Notes under the pieces: generated by a model
What the model saw: only the letters and a program-made list of their open reading frames with translations
Databases searched by the model: none
Told to the model about the DNA's origin: nothing
From: a virus
Taxonomy: Duplodnaviria; Caudoviricetes
IMG/VR virus record: IMGVR_UViG_3300012038_000032
Location: 1 to 29,840 of that record
Direction: 5' to 3' (one strand)
DNA: 29,840 bases
Position numbers and translations under genes: made by a program
In this document: in pieces, positions 25,169 through 29,840 of the stretch
How the letters are laid out: each line of letters begins with the position of its first letter
How positions within the stretch are numbered: the stretch's first letter is position 1

Positions 25169-25338
25169 ATATCAAGCTTCTCTACATGGATGGAACAGAG
25201 ATTGACTTAACCTCTGTCAAGACAATCTCTCTTGTTTCCTACCATCCTATCTATGGTAGGGTATTCAAGATCCAGTGCTTCGGTAATGACCTTGTCTACC
25301 ATCGACAGGTTGACACCGTCTCTATTGTCAATTGTTAG
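25165..25338 (+). CDS. hypothetical protein
   Basis: ATGA overlap and GAGG RBS; MNIKLLYMDGTEIDL... Confidence 0.6.
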   Translation: MNIKLLYMDGTEIDLTSVKTISLVSYHPIYGRVFKIQCFGNDLVYHRQVDTVSIVNC

Positions 25339-25356
25339 GGGGTTGAGAGTTAAACC

Positions 25357-26070
25357 ATGTATACCGACCTTTCTCACATTTGTAGAGTTGTCTCCAACCC
25401 TACTCTATTCTCCTGTCTCTGTGAGTTATGTTGTGCTCACAGATTGATGGTTGAAGGATTGAGAAATGGGACTAGACCTTCATCTGCATTTGGTGAGATT
25501 GCTGCTGATAAGAACATGAAGGAGAGGGTTGAGAAGGTTAGGAGACAACTTGAAGATGGAACCCTTACCTTCGATCAGTCTAAGGAACGTGGCAAGCTAC
25601 CTGAGAAGATCAAGGTAGTCAGAGAGAAGGACTACAAACCCCTAGACAAGAAGTGGAAGTCTAAGACTCTAGGTGGGAACGGTAAACGAACCTTTGACCT
25701 GTCTAACCCCAATTCTCCTGCTAAGGATTGGTTCCCACAAGATCAGTCTGTTCATGTTCCCTCTGATAAGGTCTTCTGTTCCTTCTGTCGGGATGAGATC
25801 TCTAACTCTAATGCTACTCATGGAAGGGGACCTACTAGATTTGCTGATAAGTTTGAGACCATCTCAGTTGATCCTAGAGTGGTCAAGCATACAACCATAG
25901 TCACAAGTGATAAACTTGTGGCCTGTCCCAAGTGCTGTCTGAAGATCAAGCCCAAGGTTGAGACCTTTTGTAAGGCTTGTTACAAGAAACAGACGGGCTG
26001 TAAGTGCGATGAGTTCATTCCTGTTAAGGTTGCTGTCCATTCTAACCTAAGGACATACGATGAAGGATAG
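25357..26070 (+). CDS. multi-CxxC Zn-binding hypothetical protein
   Basis: 237 aa with CLCELC, CSFC, CPKC, CKAC and CKC motifs. Confidence 0.75.
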   Translation: MYTDLSHICRVVSNPTLFSCLCELCCAHRLMVEGLRNGTRPSSAFGEIAADKNMKERVEKVRRQLEDGTLTFDQSKERGKLPEKIKVVREKDYKPLDKKWKSKTLGGNGKRTFDLSNPNSPAKDWFPQDQSVHVPSDKVFCSFCRDEISNSNATHGRGPTRFADKFETISVDPRVVKHTTIVTSDKLVACPKCCLKIKPKVETFCKACYKKQTGCKCDEFIPVKVAVHSNLRTYDEG

Positions 26071-26182
26071 AAGGTCATCGTGGCGTCTCCTCTGGACAGG
26101 TCGCTATTGTAAGAGGTGTGGGCTGAAGCTCTACATCAACATCAATAACGTCTACATTTGTGGGTGCCGATATGAAGGATAG
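26060..26182 (+). CDS. 40-aa Cys4 micro-protein
   Basis: MKDRRSSWRLLWTGRYCKRCGLKLYININNVYICGCRYEG; AAGGA RBS. Confidence 0.7.
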   Translation: MKDRRSSWRLLWTGRYCKRCGLKLYININNVYICGCRYEG

Positions 26183-26318
26183 ATTCATGCTCCTCTATCT
26201 CAAGTCTCGCCTGAAGAAGTTCAAGTGCTACAGATGTGGAGCCATGATCCAACAGGGTGATATAGCCTGTCAGGGCTGTGTTGATATAGTCATTGAGAAG
26301 GCGTGGGAGATAGTCTAA
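26172..26318 (+). CDS. 48-aa Zn-finger micro-protein
   Basis: MKDRFMLLYLKSRLKKFKCYRCGAMIQQGDIACQGCVDIVIEKAWEIV. Confidence 0.65.
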   Translation: MKDRFMLLYLKSRLKKFKCYRCGAMIQQGDIACQGCVDIVIEKAWEIV

Positions 26319-26467
26319 TGTTCAATTGGGTTGTTCTCTCAATAGGTTGTGGATTCTCACTTAGGATTGCAGCATTCGTCGCTAAGAGTGATGCTGAGAT
26401 CTTTATGAACACAATCGTAAAGTATCATCCCGGTCTGGTATATCAGATCATTCAAGAACCATCCTAA
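26318..26467 (+). CDS. hypothetical 49-aa protein
   Basis: TAATG coupling at both ends and GGAG RBS; MFNWVVLSIG... Confidence 0.55.
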   Translation: MFNWVVLSIGCGFSLRIAAFVAKSDAEIFMNTIVKYHPGLVYQIIQEPS

Positions 26468-26700
26468 TGCCATTCAAACCTAAGCTTAAGCCTGTTCCAT
26501 TCTCTCTCTGGGATTGTTGGTTTGGTAAGCATGTGACGATCTCTGCCTTGATCAGGCAATCCAACAGACCAAATCATCTCAGGTTGAGGGACGCTTCCTA
26601 TAAGGCCACCCTCCCTGATCTGTTGTTCATGCTTAGGGTTGGGGCGAAGGTTGTCAAGCCGATCTCTCCCTATGGTCTGGGGATTGGGAGGAGATCATGA
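26467..26700 (+). CDS. hypothetical protein
   Basis: 77 aa, translationally coupled; WDCWFGKH motif. Confidence 0.6.
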   Translation: MPFKPKLKPVPFSLWDCWFGKHVTISALIRQSNRPNHLRLRDASYKATLPDLLFMLRVGAKVVKPISPYGLGIGRRS

Positions 26701-26834
26701 GCCTATCCTTAGCTGGTCACATCGCCAAAGCTGCCCTCGAGATCATGTATTCTCAAGGGAAGCTCAGTCTCCTTGAGTATAGGATTAGACTGAGTGCCAT
26801 TGAGAAGGTCTACTCTGTAGGGTCAGGAGTCTAG
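26697..26834 (+). CDS. hypothetical 45-aa protein
   Basis: GGAGGAG RBS and ATGA overlap; MSLSLAGHIAKAALEIMY... Confidence 0.6.
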   Translation: MSLSLAGHIAKAALEIMYSQGKLSLLEYRIRLSAIEKVYSVGSGV

Positions 26835-26836
26835 TC

Positions 26837-26995
26837 ATGAACGAACGTCTGTTACACTTCTTCTTTGGTCACTACTGGCAGTATTCCGATGACAGCAATC
26901 ATCGACACTGTATCCTCTGTGACAAGAAGCAAGAGAGACTTGGAGCCGGTGATCCCAGTATGGGGATTCATGAGAGTTGGTTTGATGTCAGTTAG
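26837..26995 (+). CDS. 52-aa His/Cys protein (FGHxW...CxxC, DUF1660-like)
   Basis: AGGAG RBS; MNERLLHFFFGHYWQYSDDSNHRHCILCDKKQE... Confidence 0.6.
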   Translation: MNERLLHFFFGHYWQYSDDSNHRHCILCDKKQERLGAGDPSMGIHESWFDVS

Positions 26996-26996
26996 A

Positions 26997-27089
26997 ATGT
27001 TCATGCTGACCCTCTATGTGATTGTTTCGGTTACCTCGTCTATCATCATCTTCTACGTATATTCATTGATTCGTAAGGAGCATACATGA
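26997..27089 (+). CDS. 30-aa single-TM peptide
   Basis: MFMLTLYVIVSVTSSIIIFYVYSLIRKEHT; ATGA-coupled to the next gene. Confidence 0.5.
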   Translation: MFMLTLYVIVSVTSSIIIFYVYSLIRKEHT

Positions 27090-27421
27090 ATCATCCCAAT
27101 CTCTCCCTTTCTATCAACAAGGCCATCTCCCAGTCTGAGAAGGATGGTGGCTTGTGGTTGAAGGATCTCCCAGACAATTGTATGGTTGAGGTCCAGACTC
27201 AGAACACCAAGTATGAGATTAGGAGACTTGGTGAGGGATGGGAGATCAAAGGGAGTAAGAGGTTCTGCCCTGACTGGACCCCCTGTCACATCTCTGGATC
27301 TACATGGGGCGGCTCCATGTTGAAGATGGGGTTCATTGGGATGGGGATGTGCTTGGAGTTCGGCACTCCCACCTCTAGACGTGTCACCACCTCCTTCATC
27401 AAAGAGGTTTGGGTTAAGTAG
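27086..27421 (+). CDS. hypothetical phage protein
   Basis: AAGGAG RBS; 111 aa with VQTQNTKYEI and GSTWGGSMLKMGFIG motifs. Confidence 0.75.
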   Translation: MNHPNLSLSINKAISQSEKDGGLWLKDLPDNCMVEVQTQNTKYEIRRLGEGWEIKGSKRFCPDWTPCHISGSTWGGSMLKMGFIGMGMCLEFGTPTSRRVTTSFIKEVWVK

Positions 27422-27428
27422 GGTTAGG

Positions 27429-27584
27429 ATGATCATGAACATGTTAATTGGAGCCATGTTGGGAAGTTGGACTGTTACCCTTTATTTCATGTGGAGGGGA
27501 ACATCCAATGCAGGTAATTTGACGGTAACCTTGATTATCACCTTCATTACCCTGCTTACCTTCATCCTCAAATTGAGGGGCTGA
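27429..27584 (+). CDS. small two-TM membrane protein
   Basis: MIMNMLIGAMLGSWTVTLYFMW...LTVTLIITFITLLTFILKLRG. Confidence 0.55.
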   Translation: MIMNMLIGAMLGSWTVTLYFMWRGTSNAGNLTVTLIITFITLLTFILKLRG

Positions 27585-27592
27585 TATAGATC

Positions 27593-27778
27593 ATGCCTGT
27601 CAAGCCTGCCCATTTCATAGCTCAACAGATGAGGCTGTTTCCACCTAGGACATGGCCCTGTTATTGTGACTTGTGCAGGATGGTCACTATTCACTTCTTC
27701 GGGAAGGACACAACCACATCAGCTACTCAGGTTCCTGACAGACTCATTTGTAATGAGTGTGGTCATTACAAGATCTAG
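27593..27778 (+). CDS. Zn-ribbon micro-protein
   Basis: CYCDLC...ICNECGH. Confidence 0.65.
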   Translation: MPVKPAHFIAQQMRLFPPRTWPCYCDLCRMVTIHFFGKDTTTSATQVPDRLICNECGHYKI

Positions 27779-27787
27779 GAGGCTTAG

Positions 27788-27946
27788 ATGTCACCCATCA
27801 GAATCCCGTTCGCCCCTTCCAAGATCAGATTCAAGGACGGAACCATCTACAAGATGGTCAATGATAGAGGGACGTTGGTTCGTGATCCCAAGAAACCTAG
27901 GGGGAAGGCTCAGATGAAGGCCCGGAAGAGGGCTAGAAGGAGCTAG
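27788..27946 (+). CDS. 52-aa basic protein
   Basis: AGGAGG RBS; MSPIRIPFAPSKIRFKDG...KARKRARRS. Confidence 0.65.
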   Translation: MSPIRIPFAPSKIRFKDGTIYKMVNDRGTLVRDPKKPRGKAQMKARKRARRS

Positions 27947-27949
27947 ATC

Positions 27950-28171
27950 ATGAAGTTCAGTGTGAAACATGACGACACCAAGACTCTTACCCTTGATCAT
28001 GGTGATCACTTCAATCTCATTCTCGCTGATGGAACCATGTTGAACGTGGAGCAGACGGCTGATGACTTCTCTATAGTCCATCAGGATGGAATTGTGGCCT
28101 ACACAGCTCCTACTAGTGATCATGCCAAGGAGCATGACGCTGATCTACCACGGAGGACCGGCAGGAAATAA
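27950..28171 (+). CDS. hypothetical protein
   Basis: AAGGAG RBS; 73 aa. Confidence 0.65.
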   Translation: MKFSVKHDDTKTLTLDHGDHFNLILADGTMLNVEQTADDFSIVHQDGIVAYTAPTSDHAKEHDADLPRRTGRK

Positions 28172-28181
28172 GGAGGATCTC

Positions 28182-28397
28182 ATGATTGTTGTGTTGAAGT
28201 CGGGGGAGTCAATCTCAACTCGTAAACCACTCTCATTCAAGAAGGGAGGCACAAAGGGTAAGCGGTGGTTCCTTGTGACTACGAGGTACCACACACAGCG
28301 AGTGATCAGGGTCAAGGATGTGCTTGCAATCAAAGGAGGAGTCATGAAGAGTTACGGGAATGATGATGAATATGTAGGATGTTGTGAAGCCACCTAA
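28182..28397 (+). CDS. hypothetical basic protein
   Basis: AAGGAGG RBS before ATG 28182; MIVVLKSGE... Confidence 0.6.
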   Translation: MIVVLKSGESISTRKPLSFKKGGTKGKRWFLVTTRYHTQRVIRVKDVLAIKGGVMKSYGNDDEYVGCCEAT

Positions 28398-28518
28398 CCA
28401 GTGGCCCAAAGATAATTAAAAAATTATAATGATTGGGTAGCCTCGGGAATGACCCAGATGTTGTCCACTATACCTTAGTATGGTGGATTTGGGAAAGCCT
28501 GAGTGAGGAGACGAGCTA

Positions 28519-29171
28519 ATGGGTTGGTTAGACAGTCACTTAACTGACTTTGTGGAACCCTATTTAGGGTTTATCCCGAAGTCATTGGCAGCATTCACAA
28601 ACCCCTTCACCCCTCATGAGATGTCCGTCATCAAGAACATGTGGAGACATGTCAAGAGGAAGCGAACGGGTTGCCCGTATTGTTAGCTGGTAGGGATGTG
28701 TTCATCTTTGAGATCCTAGCTCAGAGAGAAGGCTTCCCTACCATTTTCAGACCAGACATCTCTACGATCACTGTGGAGCATGTCAAGGAAGACTACTCTA
28801 GGTGTTATCTGTTTGATACGGGGTTTGTTGGGAGTATTCCTCAGGCATTGAGGTGTAAGTTCTATAGTCTCGCCTCTGCCAATTCAGGCTTGGGTATGGG
28901 AACATGGGGTAGACATATGCCCCTCAAGACTCATCCTATCCAAGTCTTCCCTAGAATGACAGGCTCTAGGTCGCTTGCCCTTAAGATAGAGTCCATGCCC
29001 AAGTATTGGAGGCGTGGATTCTATCGTGAGGACAAAGGAATTTGTCAAGAGTTGAGTGAGCAGGAAGTGTTTGAGAGGGCCGCTAGACTCACTATCTGTA
29101 TCTACAAGGATTCTTCACCTAAGTTTAGTGAGGACAGGATGAACAGTTTTAAACCAAGTTGGTTAACCTAG
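28519..29171 (+). pseudogene. apparently frameshifted gene (GRD / DxGFxGS motif protein)
   Basis: ORF 28519-28686 has a GAGGAG RBS and overlaps ORF 28641-29171 in the -1 frame, which lacks an RBS. The joined reading ...IKNMWRHVK/EANGLPVLLAGRDVF looks continuous. Confidence 0.45.
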
Positions 29172-29179
29172 GAGCTTCT

Positions 29180-29542
29180 ATGTCTGCATCTCTCGGCTGT
29201 GCTGTGATCACACAGGCTGTCAAGGATCTGGCTGCAAGTAAGTGGCAGATTGATCCCATTGACAGAGCTACCACGATTGACTTCCTGACCAAACCCAATC
29301 CCTTGCTGAAGTTCTATTGTGATCTCGCTGACCTCAACATGACCTCGATCATTGAGACGGCGATCAAGATCCAAGCTTACATTCAGGAGAATGGGGTTCC
29401 TAAGGGTCAGGGAGCTGAGATTGTCAAACATTGGGGAGAGAGGCTCAAGCTTCAAGCTCCTAAGATCAAGGAGCCTGAGGTTATTGAAGATGACCTCTAT
29501 CATGATGGTGGCAAGTTTTACCCGGACGGAGTAGGCAAATAA
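29180..29542 (+). CDS. hypothetical helical phage protein
   Basis: AGGAG RBS; AVITQAVKD...IDFL...FYCDLADL pattern. Confidence 0.7.
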   Translation: MSASLGCAVITQAVKDLAASKWQIDPIDRATTIDFLTKPNPLLKFYCDLADLNMTSIIETAIKIQAYIQENGVPKGQGAEIVKHWGERLKLQAPKIKEPEVIEDDLYHDGGKFYPDGVGK

Positions 29543-29561
29543 GAGGAGGAGGTAAGATGGT

Positions 29562-29840
29562 ATGAGGGATCGTGTTAAGTTACATGGGTTAACACCCATG
29601 GCTGAGTATCTTCTCAGTGTGAAGGGACCAGCAACAGGGGTCGGTCATAGTGACTGCGTGAACTTGCTGGTTGAAGGGAACATGCCCGGATGCACGAAGG
29701 GCAATACGTGGGGCTACATAGAAGATCCAGAAATTCCCATCGGGACCATATTCAGGTTGATCCTAATACCGGATCAACCGGGGTATGCAAGGCCAGAAAT
29801 CGTCGGGACAGGATCTACAATCACATCAGGAGGACAGAAG
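29562..29840 (+). CDS. hypothetical protein (runs off the window edge)
   Basis: GGAGGT RBS; MRDRVKLHGLTPMAEYLL..., open to the end of the window. Confidence 0.55.
   Translation, partial: MRDRVKLHGLTPMAEYLLSVKGPATGVGHSDCVNLLVEGNMPGCTKGNTWGYIEDPEIPIGTIFRLILIPDQPGYARPEIVGTGSTITSGGQK

Noticed and set aside
1-29840. Stop-codon reassignment
   Set aside because: The core genes are full length in the standard code, and TAA, TAG and TGA all end genes at sensible junctions.

Overview
This window is part of a tailed dsDNA phage genome (Caudoviricetes); the host cannot be assigned. Minus strand, ~23.1 kb to base 1: a late morphogenesis operon with small and large terminase, portal, Zn-ribbon protein, an atypical HU-like protein, HNH nuclease, scaffold, T5orf172/GIY-YIG protein, major capsid, decoration-type proteins, four consecutive proteins with signal peptides, an adaptor-fibre fusion, a nozzle-like protein, a tail-collar fibre and probable internal virion proteins. 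The tail organisation looks podovirus-like. Plus strand, ~23.5 kb to the end: a divergent early region of many small, often Cys-rich ORFs, preceded by a GC-rich, repeat-laden switch region. The most unusual elements are (1) an RNA locus between scaffold and capsid, with its own near-consensus promoter, a pseudoknot-rich segment and two tandem CCA-ending tRNA-like units (one armless, one with an elongated anticodon arm); (2) a GC-shifted cassette of virion-like proteins with Sec signal peptides inside the structural operon; (3) a covarying hairpin motif duplicated around the HNH gene; and (4) a 27-bp-closed structured RNA candidate in the early region. All calls come from reading motifs by eye; no searches or folding programs were run.
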